Of a stretch of DNA of 64,000 bases, positions 32,851 through 42,860 are shown one piece after another. Positions within the stretch are counted from its first letter, which is position 1. The number at the start of each line of letters is the position of its first letter. The position numbers and the translations under genes were made by a program. Origin of the DNA: Nitrospinales bacterium (GTDB lineage Bacteria > Nitrospinota > Nitrospinia > Nitrospinales > VA-1); the NCBI GenBank assembly GCA_965223795.1, contig CBDCXL010000001.1, positions 512,001 through 576,000 on the forward strand, in the 5' to 3' direction. The notes under the pieces were generated by a model. That model was not told the DNA's origin. It made no database searches and saw only the letters and a list, made by a program, of their open reading frames with translations.

Positions 32851-33684
32851 TCAACGCTTGACCTCCACTTTGAGGAACACGCTGCGCGCTTCCTTTCTGA
32901 CCACGCGCCCGTCCTTGAGAATGCCCGTGCGCACGCGGCTGGACTGATCCGCCAGCGCGCTCACCTCGATCCATTCGCCCAGCTCGCCGCGGACCGTGGT
33001 GATCGTCTCCTGCGTCCGCACCTGCCCGGCGGAGCGGGTGGATTGAACCGGGTTGACCTCCACCGTGACGGTGGTGCCGGACAACCGGGGCAGCAGGGCC
33101 ACGCCGGTCACAGACGCACGCATTTCAGAAGAAGGCAGGGCCGCACCGCGTTGGTTGCGGACATAGTAGGTGCTGCCCAGGTGGATTTCCGCCGGCTTTC
33201 CCTCAAGCGTGGTCACGCTCTGCGTGCTCGCGGCGCTTGCGGACGAAGCACCGCGCGACACACGGCCCTGAATTTCCGCATCGCCGATCACGCCGGTGAC
33301 GCTCGTTCCTCCGGTTTCTCCGGGGGAAGGCGGCACGGAGATGCGTCCGGCATCGCCGATGGGAACATCGGCTGTGATTTCCGCCGATTCGCGCTCGAGT
33401 TCGCTTTTCACGCCCTGCCTGACGGTGACGACCAACTGGATGGGCGGAGCGTCGAGCTGGCGGACGATGTCGGCGATGGTCTTGAGGTTCTCCGCCGTGG
33501 TGCGCACCACCAGCTGGTTGCGGATGCCCGACACCCTGCCCTGGCCCGCAATGAGCGGTTCGATCACCGGCACCAGTTCGGCGGCCTGGCGATGATTGAG
33601 GGAGAAGATCTTGTTTTTCATCTGCGCCTGCGCGGCGGCAGGAAGCAGGATGATTAAAAGCAAAAGGAGTATTGTCTTTTTCAT
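32851..33684 (-). CDS. Secretin N-terminal (NolW) domain protein
   Basis: Signal peptide; SLNHRQAAELVPVIEPL, NQLVVR, QLDAPPIQLVV, GELGEWIEV. Confidence 0.8.
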   Translation of the reverse strand: MKKTILLLLLIILLPAAAQAQMKNKIFSLNHRQAAELVPVIEPLIAGQGRVSGIRNQLVVRTTAENLKTIADIVRQLDAPPIQLVVTVRQGVKSELERESAEITADVPIGDAGRISVPPSPGETGGTSVTGVIGDAEIQGRVSRGASSASAASTQSVTTLEGKPAEIHLGSTYYVRNQRGAALPSSEMRASVTGVALLPRLSGTTVTVEVNPVQSTRSAGQVRTQETITTVRGELGEWIEVSALADQSSRVRTGILKDGRVVRKEARSVFLKVEVKR

Positions 33685-33751
33685 AGCATCCTCCGGTTGC
33701 TTCCAACTTCAATTCTTTTCAAATCCCAACAAAGCTGATACTCAATTTTTT

Positions 33752-34252
33752 TTATACGGGAATTCCCCTGTCTACTGCGGCCGGCAGCATTCCTGAGATT
33801 TGTATCTGCGGATTGCCTTGCTCTAGTTCAACCAGAAAATCGTATTGTGCCTTTATTTTCTCCATGAGTTTTACGGACTCAACCTGATTGACAGGATTGA
33901 ACGCAGGTTGAACCCGTGTGTTCGTAGGTCGAAAATGAACGGGCAAAATACAGCCTTGAATAAAAAGATTGGGAGCAGCGCGGTGCACCTGAATATTTTC
34001 ACGATGTCCTGTTCCCAACAGTTCCAGCCGCCAACCTTTTGGTTCATTCTTCCTTATTTTTAAATCATAAAATCCGGTGCGTATTCTGCTTACATCGTTT
34101 CTCGATCGACCCGCCTGATCTGGCAACCAGGGAAGTTCGTAGCTGTAGCAAAGATATTCCCAGCCCGTTGGAATAGATCTGAGGTACATTTGCCCCCAGC
34201 GGTTGTCTCCCATCCATTCTTCACGTCTCACACTCAATAAGGGCCATCCCAT
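33752..34252 (-). CDS. DUF5675-like protein (AT-rich insertion)
   Basis: LCYSYELPW, SRIRTGFYDL, RENIQVH, GCILPV; RBS GAGGAGG before ATG 34252. Confidence 0.6.
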   Translation of the reverse strand: MGWPLLSVRREEWMGDNRWGQMYLRSIPTGWEYLCYSYELPWLPDQAGRSRNDVSRIRTGFYDLKIRKNEPKGWRLELLGTGHRENIQVHRAAPNLFIQGCILPVHFRPTNTRVQPAFNPVNQVESVKLMEKIKAQYDFLVELEQGNPQIQISGMLPAAVDRGIPV

Positions 34253-34367
34253 GAGGCACCTCCTCAAATCGATATTTCGATACGAGGATCATAGCATTTC
34301 GGAAGTACGAAATAACCCAAAACGCGCGTTTAATGGCTATTTTATAAAAGAAATAATGAATAGAGAC

Positions 34368-37040
34368 TCAATGCACCTCGTTCCAGTTGTCGCCCCAGCC
34401 CATGTCGACGACCAGCGGGACGGAGAATTTGTAGACGCCTTCCATTTCCTGTTTCACCAGATCCTGTATCGCCTTTTTCTCGCCCACGGGGCACTCGAAC
34501 ACCAGCTCGTCGTGCACCTGCAGGATCATGCGCGACTTCATCTTATTCCTGGCGAGCTTCTTGGACAGGCTGATCATCGCCATCTTGATGAGATCGGCGG
34601 CGCTGCCCTGAATCGGCGAGTTGATGGCGATGCGCTCCGCCGCTTCGCGCACCTGCCGGTTCTTGCTGTTGATGTCGGGCAGGCTGCGGCGCCGGTTCAT
34701 CAGGGTGGTCGTGTATCCTTTTTGGCGCGCCTGTTCGATGACGCTCTCCATGTAGGTCTTGACGTTCTTGTACAGTGCGAAGTACCGGTCGATGAAGTCG
34801 CGCGCCTCTTTGGGCGTGATCTTGAGCTGCCTCGATAGCCCGAAGGCGCTGAGTCCGTACACGATGCCGAAATTCACCGCCTTGGCCATGCGGCGGTGTT
34901 CCGGATCGACCGCGTCCAGGGCGGTGCCGAAGATCTCCGCCGCGGTGCGGTTGTGGATGTCCTCGCCCTTTTTGAACGCCTCGATCAGCGCCGCGTCCTC
35001 GGACAGGTGCGCCAGGATGCGCAGCTCGATCTGGGAATAGTCCGCCGACAGCAGCTTGCCCTTGCCTTCGGAGATGAAGGCCTTGCGGATCTCCTTGCCC
35101 ATGTCGGAGCGGATGGGGATGTTCTGCAGATTGGGATCGCTGCTGCTCAAACGCCCCGTGGCCGCGACGGTCTGGTTGAAGGAGGTGTGCACGCGCCCGG
35201 TCCTGGCGTAAATTTCCTGCGGCAGCGTGTCCACATAGGTCGATTTCAATTTGCCGAGCTGGCGGTAGGCCAGGATCTTGTCCGGCAGTTCGTGCTGCAA
35301 CGCCAGCTCCTCCAGCACGGAAACATCGGTGGAGTAGCCGGTCTTGGTTTTCTTGACCACCGGCAGCTTGAGTTTTTCAAACAGGATCACCGAAAGCTGC
35401 TTGGGCGAATTGATGTTGAAACTCTCCCCGGCCAGCGAATGGATTTCGTGCTCGTATTCTTCGAGCTGCTGGCTCATTTTTTTCGACAGCGCGGCGAGGT
35501 GCTTCTTGTCGAGGAACACGCCGTTCATCTCCATCTCGGCCAGAACCTCGAGCAGCGGCATCTCGATGGTGTCGTACAGTTCGCGCAGCTCGCCTTTGAG
35601 CTGCGGGGAGAGTTTTTTGTACAGCCTCCAGGTGATGTCCGAATCCTCGGCGGCGTATTCGGTGGCCCGGTCGATCTCGACTTCGTCGAAGCCGATCTCC
35701 TTCTGGCCGGTTCCCGCGACCTCCTTATAGGTGATGGTCTTGTGGTTGAAGTTTTCCCACGCGAGGTCGTCGAGGTTGTGGCCGCGGCGGGACGGATCGA
35801 GAACGTAGGACGCCAGCATGGTGTCGAACGCAATGCCCTTGAGATCGACGCCTTCGTTCTTGAGCACGATGAGATCGTATTTGATGTTGTGGCCGACTTT
35901 TTTAATCTTCGGATTTTCCAGCACCGGCCTGAGCGCTTCGAGCGCCTTTTTCTTGTCGAGCTGCTCGGGCACGCCCAGGTAGCGGTGCGCCACGGGCAGG
36001 TAGCACGCCTCGCCTTCCTTCCAGGAAAAGGAGATGCCCACCGTTTCGGCCTGGACCGGGTGGATGCTGGTGGTTTCCAGATCGAGCGCGAACTCCCCGG
36101 CTTTCTTGAGATCCTGGATACACTTTTTCAGCGCCGCTTCGGTGAGAAGGGTCTCATAGCTGTGATCCGCCCGTTTGGGCTCACTCGCGGTTTCGGGCAG
36201 CAGGGAGGTGAACTCCAGCTCGGTGAACAGCTTGGTCAGCGCTTCCGTGTCCGCCTCGCGGGCCTTGAGATCGTCGAGCTTGCAGTCGAGCTTGACCGCC
36301 GTGTCGATGGTCACCAGCTTGCGGCTCAGCATCGCGTTGTCTTTGTCGGATTCCAGTTTTTCCTTGAGTTTTTTCTTGTCGATCTCATCGAGCTTTTTAT
36401 ACAGCCCGTCGATCGAACCGTATTTCTGGATCAGTTCGGTGGCGGTCTTGGGCCCCACGCCCTTGACGCCGGGAATGTGGTCGCTGGAGTCGCCCATGAG
36501 ACCCATCACCTCGATGACCTTGGCGGGAGCGACGCCGAATTTCTCCTCGACCTCCTTTTTGCGGAACGTCTTGTCCTTCATGGTGTCGAGCATGCGCACG
36601 CTGGGGCCGATGAGCTGCATCATGTCCTTGTCGCCGCTCACGATCACCACGTCCATGCCCTCATCCTTGCCCATGCGGGCGAGGGTGCCGATGATGTCGT
36701 CGGCCTCGATGCCGGGAATGCGCAGGCTGACGATGTTGTGCGCCTCCACCAGCGGCTCGAAATACGGGAACTGCTGGCCCAGATCCTCGGGCGGCACGTC
36801 GCGGTTGGCCTTGTAATCCGGGTACATCTCGTGGCGGAAGGTCTTTTCCTTGCTGTCGAAAGCGACGGCCAGGTAATCCGGCTTCTCCTCGCGCACCACC
36901 TTGGTGAGCATGTTGACGAAGCCGAACAGCGCGTTGGTGGGCAGCCCCTTGGAGTTGGACAGGTTTTGACGGATGCCGTAATACGCGCGGAATATGTAGG
37001 AGGAACCGTCGATGAGGTAAAGCGTCGGTTTTGCGGTCAT
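34368..37040 (-). CDS. polA: DNA polymerase I
   Basis: LYLIDGSS 5'-3' exonuclease, DLETT 3'-5' exonuclease, ADYSQIELR, AKAVNFGIVYG, QVHDELVFE. Confidence 0.98.
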   Translation of the reverse strand: MTAKPTLYLIDGSSYIFRAYYGIRQNLSNSKGLPTNALFGFVNMLTKVVREEKPDYLAVAFDSKEKTFRHEMYPDYKANRDVPPEDLGQQFPYFEPLVEAHNIVSLRIPGIEADDIIGTLARMGKDEGMDVVIVSGDKDMMQLIGPSVRMLDTMKDKTFRKKEVEEKFGVAPAKVIEVMGLMGDSSDHIPGVKGVGPKTATELIQKYGSIDGLYKKLDEIDKKKLKEKLESDKDNAMLSRKLVTIDTAVKLDCKLDDLKAREADTEALTKLFTELEFTSLLPETASEPKRADHSYETLLTEAALKKCIQDLKKAGEFALDLETTSIHPVQAETVGISFSWKEGEACYLPVAHRYLGVPEQLDKKKALEALRPVLENPKIKKVGHNIKYDLIVLKNEGVDLKGIAFDTMLASYVLDPSRRGHNLDDLAWENFNHKTITYKEVAGTGQKEIGFDEVEIDRATEYAAEDSDITWRLYKKLSPQLKGELRELYDTIEMPLLEVLAEMEMNGVFLDKKHLAALSKKMSQQLEEYEHEIHSLAGESFNINSPKQLSVILFEKLKLPVVKKTKTGYSTDVSVLEELALQHELPDKILAYRQLGKLKSTYVDTLPQEIYARTGRVHTSFNQTVAATGRLSSSDPNLQNIPIRSDMGKEIRKAFISEGKGKLLSADYSQIELRILAHLSEDAALIEAFKKGEDIHNRTAAEIFGTALDAVDPEHRRMAKAVNFGIVYGLSAFGLSRQLKITPKEARDFIDRYFALYKNVKTYMESVIEQARQKGYTTTLMNRRRSLPDINSKNRQVREAAERIAINSPIQGSAADLIKMAMISLSKKLARNKMKSRMILQVHDELVFECPVGEKKAIQDLVKQEMEGVYKFSVPLVVDMGWGDNWNEVH

Positions 37041-37185
37041 GGCCTCGTTTCGGACCGGAGGCAGGGGGGAATCCCTTAAATCCGGGGATCTCATTATAGG
37101 GGCGGCGCGTTGCCGGATTCAACGAATTATGCTATCATGGCGTTTGGAAACTGGCCAAAAACTATTGTAATTAAAGGGGTATTCT

Positions 37186-38202
37186 TTGAACCGCCGAAGC
37201 GCGCACGCACTCAAGCCCACCGACAAACAAAAGCAGGACCTCTCTCTCATGGAGCGGGCCCGGCAGGTGCTCAAGGTCGAAAGCGAGGCCATCGCGGATC
37301 TGATCGATCGCATCGAAACGTCGTTCGCCGAGGTGGTGCACGCGCTCGACCGCTGCGAAGGGCACATCGTCGTCACCGGCATCGGCAAATCCGGCCTGAT
37401 CGGCGCCAAGATCGCGGCGACGTTTTCCAGCATCGGGCTGCCGGCGGTGTTTTTGCACGCCGCCGAGGCGAGCCACGGGGACGTGGGCGTGCTGGCGCCG
37501 GGGGACCTGGTGATGGCCATCTCCAACAGCGGCGAGACCGAGGAGATCGTCCGGCTGCTGCCGCGGCTCAACCGCACGCGCTGCCTGCTGGTGGGGCTGA
37601 TCGGCAATCCCGATTCCACGCTGGCGCGGCGCTGCGACTTTGTGCTCAACACGTCGGTGAAAGCGGAGGCCTGCTCGATGGGGCTGGTGCCCACGGCAAG
37701 CACCACCGCCGCCCTGGCCATGGGCGACGCGCTGGCGATGGCGCTGCTGGATCTGCGCGGCCTGCGTGAGGAGGATTTCGCGCTCAACCATCCCGGTGGC
37801 AGCCTGGGCCGCAAGCTGCTGATGACGGTGGCGGACCTGATGCACCGGGGCAACGCCATTCCGAAAGTCGCCGAAAACGCCAATGTATTCGACGTGCTCA
37901 AGGAGATGAGCGGCAAACGCCTGGGCACGACCTGCGTGGTGGATGCCGGGGGACACCTCAAGGGGGTCATCACGGACGGCGATCTCAGGCGTCTGATCGA
38001 GCGGAAAAAAGATATCTCCCAAGCCACCGCCTGTGATTTAATGGGGGCCGATCCCAAGTGCATCGGCAAAGAGGCCCTCGCCGCGAAGGCGGTGGAGGTC
38101 ATGCAAACGCATTCCATCACCGCTCTGGTGGTTTCGGAAGACAGGAAAACGATCGACGGCATCATCCACCTGCACGATCTGTTGAAAGCCGGCATCGTCT
38201 GA
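37186..38202 (+). CDS. kdsD: Arabinose-5-phosphate isomerase (KpsF/GutQ family, SIS + CBS domains)
   Basis: TGIGKSG, EASHGD, SNSGET, PTAST, HPGGSLG, HLHDLL; alternative start ATG 37249. Confidence 0.92.
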   Translation: MNRRSAHALKPTDKQKQDLSLMERARQVLKVESEAIADLIDRIETSFAEVVHALDRCEGHIVVTGIGKSGLIGAKIAATFSSIGLPAVFLHAAEASHGDVGVLAPGDLVMAISNSGETEEIVRLLPRLNRTRCLLVGLIGNPDSTLARRCDFVLNTSVKAEACSMGLVPTASTTAALAMGDALAMALLDLRGLREEDFALNHPGGSLGRKLLMTVADLMHRGNAIPKVAENANVFDVLKEMSGKRLGTTCVVDAGGHLKGVITDGDLRRLIERKKDISQATACDLMGADPKCIGKEALAAKAVEVMQTHSITALVVSEDRKTIDGIIHLHDLLKAGIV

Positions 38203-38280
38203 TATCCGCAATGCGCCCTCCCCTCTTTGGATCCGAATTGCCTCCGGGTCTTTTGATTTTTCTCTAAGAAATGGAAGTGA

Positions 38281-40917
38281 ATGAACGGCAACGAACTGAG
38301 AAAGAAATTTCTGGAATACTTTGAAGCGCAGAACCACACCGTGGTGCCCAGCGGTTCGCTGGTGCCGAAAAACGATCCGACGCTGCTGTTCACCAACGCG
38401 GGGATGGTTCCGTTCAAGAACGTGTTCCTGGGTGAGGAGAAACGCGGCTACACGCGCGCGGTCTCGGTGCAGAAGTGCGTCCGCGCGGGCGGCAAGCACA
38501 ACGACCTGGAGATGGTGGGACACACGGCGCGGCACCACACGTTTTTCGAAATGCTGGGCAATTTCTCGTTCGGCGATTATTTCAAGAAGGACGCGATCCG
38601 CTTCGGCTGGGAATTTCTCACCGAGGTGATCGGCCTGCCGGCGGACCGCCTGTACATTTCTGTCTTTAAAGACGACGACGAGGCGTTCGCCCACTGGGAA
38701 AAAGACATCGGCCTGGCCAAAGAGCGGATCTTCCGGCTGGGTGAAAAAGACAATTTCTGGGCGATGGGCAACACCGGCCCCTGCGGCCCCTGCTCGGAGA
38801 TCTACATCGACCAGGGAGAAGAAGCCGGCTGCGGCAAACCGGACTGCACGGTGGGCTGCGACTGCGACCGCTACCTGGAAATCTGGAATCTGGTGTTCAT
38901 GCAGTTCGACCGCGACGAGTCCGGCACAATGACGCCGCTGCCCAATCCCTGCATCGACACGGGCATGGGCCTGGAACGGCTCGCCGCCGTGGTGCAGGGA
39001 CACCTGACCAACTACCACAGCGATCTTCTGATGGGGCTGATCGAAGAAGTCAGCCGCGTCACGGGCAAGCCTTACGGCAGCGGCAGCGCCGACGACGTGT
39101 CGATCCGGGTGATCACCGACCATGCGCGCGCCTCGGCGTTTCTGGTCGGCGACGGTGTGCTGCCCTCCAACGAGGGCCGCGGCTACGTGCTGCGCCGCAT
39201 CCTGCGCCGTGCGCTGCGCCACGGCAAATTGCTGCAGCAGAACCAGCCGTTCTTCTACAAGATCACCGACAAGGTGATCCAGGACTACAGGGCCGTGTAT
39301 CCGGAGCTGGAGGTCAATGCCGGCTTTATCCAGAAAGTGGTGATGAACGAGGAGGAGAATTTCAGCAACACGCTCAACATGGGCTTTCAGCGGCTGGAGG
39401 AGATCGCCGGGAAACTGAAAAAGGAAAACTCCAGCGTCATTTCCGGCGAGGACGTGTTCAAGCTGTACGACACCTTCGGCTTTCCGGTCGATCTGGTGCA
39501 GGAGACGGCGAAGGACTGGGGCCTCGAACTCGACATGGCCGGATTCGATGCGGCGATGAACTCGCAGAAGGAAAAGGCAATGGCTTCCTGGAAGGGTTCC
39601 GGGGAAAAAGAGGTCGCGCCGTTTTTCAAGGAATTCGTCAACAACCACCCGCCCACCGGCTTCACCGGGTACGGCGGCACGCACGGCGACGGCACGGTGC
39701 TGGCCATCCTGAAAAACCATAATCCGGTGGAACGCGCCCAGGCGGGCGATGAGGTGGAGCTGGTGCTGGACAGGACGCCTTTTTACGGCGAATCGGGCGG
39801 CCAGGTGGGGGACAAGGGTCTGGCCTACAACGACCGCGTGCAGATGGAGGTCCTCGACGCCACCAGACCGGTGGCGGACCTGATCGTCCACAAGGTCAAG
39901 GTAACGAGCGGTTCGGTCCAAACGTCGGACCGGCTGACGCTGGAAGTGAACCCGGAAAGCCGCGCCGACACGGCGCTCAACCACACGGCGACGCACCTGC
40001 TGCACGCGGCGCTGCACGAGGTGCTGGGCGATCACGTCAAGCAGGCGGGGTCGCTGGTGGAGCCGGACCGGCTGCGCTTCGACTACACGCATTTTTCCCC
40101 GCTCAGCGAACGCGAGCGGGCGCGCATCGAAAGCCTGGTGAACGAAAAGATCCGCGAGAACATCGCCGTCGGCACGCAGGAGATGAGCATCGACGATGCG
40201 CTGAAAGAAGGCGCTGTGGCGCTGTTCGGCGAGAAGTACGGCGACGCGGTGCGCGTGGTGTCGGTGCCGGGATTCAGCAAGGAGCTGTGCGGCGGCACGC
40301 ACATCAACGCCACGGGCGACATCGGCCTGTTCAAGATCACCTACGAAGGCGGCATCGCTTCGGGCGTGCGGCGCATCGAGGCGGTGACGGGAAGGAAAGC
40401 CTATGAGACGGTGCAGAAGGGATTCGAGACGCTGGGATCCCTGCGCTCGCTGCTCAAGGCGCAGCCGGAAGAGGAACTGGCGCGTGTCAAAAAGCTGCTC
40501 GACAAAAACCGTGAGATGGAAAAGGAAATCGCCGGGCTCAAGGAAAAACTGGTGAGCGGCAAGGGAGCGGCTGACGCGGATGAGATCAAAAAGATCGGCG
40601 ACGTGTCCCTGCTGGTGAAGAAAGTCGACGGCATGGACGCCAAAACCCTGCGCGCCTTCATCGACAACGCGAAAAACCGCATCCGTTCCGGCGTGGTGGT
40701 GGTCGGCACTGCCTCCAACGGCAAGGTGATGCTGGCCGCGGGCGTCACCAAGGACCTGACGGACCGGTTCGAGGCGGGCAAGATCATCAAGGAAATCGCG
40801 GCCATCGTCGGCGGCAGCGGCGGCGGCCGTGCGGACATGGCGCAGGCGGGCGGCACCAAGACGGAAAAGATCGACGAGGCGCTGGCGAAAGCGGAGGAGT
40901 ATCTGCGCAGCCACTGA
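38281..40917 (+). CDS. alaS: Alanine--tRNA ligase
   Basis: DPTLLFTNAGM, HHTFFEMLGNFSFGDYFK, DTGMGLER, HTATHLLH, ELCGGTH, GGGRADMAQAGG. Confidence 0.99.
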   Translation: MNGNELRKKFLEYFEAQNHTVVPSGSLVPKNDPTLLFTNAGMVPFKNVFLGEEKRGYTRAVSVQKCVRAGGKHNDLEMVGHTARHHTFFEMLGNFSFGDYFKKDAIRFGWEFLTEVIGLPADRLYISVFKDDDEAFAHWEKDIGLAKERIFRLGEKDNFWAMGNTGPCGPCSEIYIDQGEEAGCGKPDCTVGCDCDRYLEIWNLVFMQFDRDESGTMTPLPNPCIDTGMGLERLAAVVQGHLTNYHSDLLMGLIEEVSRVTGKPYGSGSADDVSIRVITDHARASAFLVGDGVLPSNEGRGYVLRRILRRALRHGKLLQQNQPFFYKITDKVIQDYRAVYPELEVNAGFIQKVVMNEEENFSNTLNMGFQRLEEIAGKLKKENSSVISGEDVFKLYDTFGFPVDLVQETAKDWGLELDMAGFDAAMNSQKEKAMASWKGSGEKEVAPFFKEFVNNHPPTGFTGYGGTHGDGTVLAILKNHNPVERAQAGDEVELVLDRTPFYGESGGQVGDKGLAYNDRVQMEVLDATRPVADLIVHKVKVTSGSVQTSDRLTLEVNPESRADTALNHTATHLLHAALHEVLGDHVKQAGSLVEPDRLRFDYTHFSPLSERERARIESLVNEKIRENIAVGTQEMSIDDALKEGAVALFGEKYGDAVRVVSVPGFSKELCGGTHINATGDIGLFKITYEGGIASGVRRIEAVTGRKAYETVQKGFETLGSLRSLLKAQPEEELARVKKLLDKNREMEKEIAGLKEKLVSGKGAADADEIKKIGDVSLLVKKVDGMDAKTLRAFIDNAKNRIRSGVVVVGTASNGKVMLAAGVTKDLTDRFEAGKIIKEIAAIVGGSGGGRADMAQAGGTKTEKIDEALAKAEEYLRSH

Positions 40918-41044
40918 CCGTTCCGCAGCCGGAAACGCCGGATGGATTTACCGTTGCAGACGGGCAGGAAGTCCGCTACTCTGAGGCATTATCGGGAAAA
41001 GACATATTCAAACCGGCGCCGGTACAGGCCGGGAGGACACAATC

Positions 41045-41392
41045 ATGGATGCGAGCAAACGCGAAGCACTGGAAAAAGTCTGGAAGCCGATCGCCGCCAA
41101 AGCGGTGACCGATGAGGAATTCAAAAAAAAGCTGGTGGCCGATCCGATCGGGGTGATGGTCGAGAACGGCCTGACTCTGCCGGAGGGAACGGAAATGAAA
41201 GTCGGCGCGGGCAACCTGCAGACCATCCCGATCCCCTCCAACGCCTCGGAAGAAATCAAAGAGGAAGTGAGCTGGTGGATGTGGCGGCTCAACAGCATTC
41301 GGGAACTGGGCGATGAACTGCCCCAAAAAAGCGTTGGGCACATCACAATGAGTTCGCAGGAAGCGGACGACGACACTTCGGGAGTGTACTGA
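41045..41392 (+). CDS. NHLP (nitrile hydratase-like leader peptide) domain protein, possible RiPP precursor
   Basis: IAAKAVTDEEFKKKLVADPIGVMVENGLTLPEGTEMKV matches the NHLP leader pattern; RBS GGGAGG; no double-Gly site. Confidence 0.7.
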   Translation: MDASKREALEKVWKPIAAKAVTDEEFKKKLVADPIGVMVENGLTLPEGTEMKVGAGNLQTIPIPSNASEEIKEEVSWWMWRLNSIRELGDELPQKSVGHITMSSQEADDDTSGVY

Positions 41393-41485
41393 ACCCGCAA
41401 CCCTTTCCCCCTTCGGCGCGAACTGGGTGAAGGGGAACCCGCCCGCGGCCCTGCCCCGTGGGTTCTGCTTACAAATTCGAAACAC

Positions 41486-41562
41486 GCGCCCGTAGCTCAG
41501 CTGGATAGAGTGACGGATTCCGGTTCCGTAGGTCGGAGGTTCGACTCCTCTCGGGCGTGCCA
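41486..41562 (+). tRNA. tRNA-Arg (anticodon CCG)
   Basis: GCGCCCG acceptor, D arm GCTCAGCTGGATAGAGT, anticodon arm ACGGA-TTCCGGT-TCCGT, T loop GGTTCGACTCC, encoded CCA; 77 nt. Confidence 0.96.
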
Positions 41563-41568
41563 TTTAAG

Positions 41569-41606
41569 AACAAGGGGTTGGCCGACATCGGTCGGCCCCT
41601 TGTTTC
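41569..41606 (+). terminator. Hairpin / probable terminator after tRNA
   Basis: AACAAGGGGttggCCGA-ca-TCGGtcggCCCCTTGTT stem. Confidence 0.6.
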
Positions 41607-41659
41607 GTTTATAAAGAATAGATTCCCCACCTATTCCCCACCTTTTGAGCGGCCGGACA

Positions 41660-42202
41660 ATGAATGAAAAAAATATTGTGATCATTGGTTGGTTCCTTGC
41701 CGGCATTACAGCTCTGACGGCACCTCTTGTTCAAGTTTTTGGTCCGGAAATAAGAGATTTAGTTTTAAGACCAGAAGCTCAAGTGTTTTTAAGAGAGAAA
41801 AATCCAAAGGAAATTAATAAATTATTAAATAACCTTCACCCCTTGCAAAGGGAATCATTTATAAATGAAAATTTTTTAAACCGGTGGGTTAATTGGGCAG
41901 GTGAGGTAAAACAGATATCTAAATCCCGTAATGGGAGTTATTTTGTTTTAGCTAATTATTCAAAGCCCTGGGAATTGGCAGTCTGGCTTGAATTTGATGA
42001 ATCATGGAGACCAAAACTTGAAGCCTTGCGATTGGGTGACCTCATTAATTACAAAGGTAAAATTTCACGCATTGATTTAATTCCTCTTTATATGAGTTTA
42101 ACCAATGTTGATTTTGAATTATTACCTCTCCCTTCCTTAAAAGATAAATTACCTAATGACGAGCCCGGCGATACCGAAGAAAAGGTGGTAATCGCTCCGT
42201 AA
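41660..42202 (+). CDS. Membrane-anchored hypothetical protein with OB-fold-like segment
   Basis: N-terminal hydrophobic helix; WVNWAGEVKQI...LRLGDLINYKGKI pattern; AT-rich. Confidence 0.65.
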   Translation: MNEKNIVIIGWFLAGITALTAPLVQVFGPEIRDLVLRPEAQVFLREKNPKEINKLLNNLHPLQRESFINENFLNRWVNWAGEVKQISKSRNGSYFVLANYSKPWELAVWLEFDESWRPKLEALRLGDLINYKGKISRIDLIPLYMSLTNVDFELLPLPSLKDKLPNDEPGDTEEKVVIAP

Positions 42203-42350
42203 AATACAACAATTCTCCTATAACATGTCCCGGACTGGTGCGTCTTAGAGTTTCAGGCTTTGAGCGAGAGGAAATCGGCTCGTGATCGTTGCAGGGGTGG
42301 TAGGGTGTTGGCGTTTTTGAGTGCAAATGAGAATTGCTTTAAATAATTAT

Positions 42351-42860
42351 TTAGGAATTCAAGTTTTCATTATTCATTAATTCTGGGCATAAAAAATCTA
42401 TCGAAATTCCATTTCTATTTAATGGAATTAAATAATCACTCCAATCAGTATCCGTGGCATTTTTTATACTAGGACGACCGCCGTCAGCCAATGCTACTGC
42501 TACAAATTTTCGATCATCACTATCAAAACCCTCCAAATCTGGATCAGTGGGAAATTCCTCAAAATCAGTGCCGTCGTTATTCCTTGGTGTCACACTAATT
42601 ATTCTGCAAATTTCAGGGTTATATTGATGTAAACATAAAAATTTAAAAAATCTATCACCCACACCCGGTCTCCCACTACGAGATAAATTTTTTTCATATT
42701 CACCCCAAATAAAATAATGGTCGTCAACCAGCAGTTTATTTTTCCCCTCCACCACCTCCTCAAGTGTTTTTATACAAGCCAAAACACATTTCTCGCTTGC
42801 CGATTGGTGCTTATAATTGGCAACAATTGGAACGTTTGTGTCAATTAATATATTAGCCAA
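42351..42860 (-). CDS. PIN-like domain protein
   Basis: ILIDTNV, EY, DSDDRKFVAVAL, ATDTDW acidic motifs; overlaps the ATPase stop by 8 nt. Confidence 0.72.
   Translation of the reverse strand: MANILIDTNVPIVANYKHQSASEKCVLACIKTLEEVVEGKNKLLVDDHYFIWGEYEKNLSRSGRPGVGDRFFKFLCLHQYNPEICRIISVTPRNNDGTDFEEFPTDPDLEGFDSDDRKFVAVALADGGRPSIKNATDTDWSDYLIPLNRNGISIDFLCPELMNNENLNS

Noticed and set aside
34896..37079. 727-aa plus-strand ORF
   Set aside because: Antisense shadow of polA.
38038..40914. 958-aa minus-strand ORF
   Set aside because: Antisense shadow of alaS.
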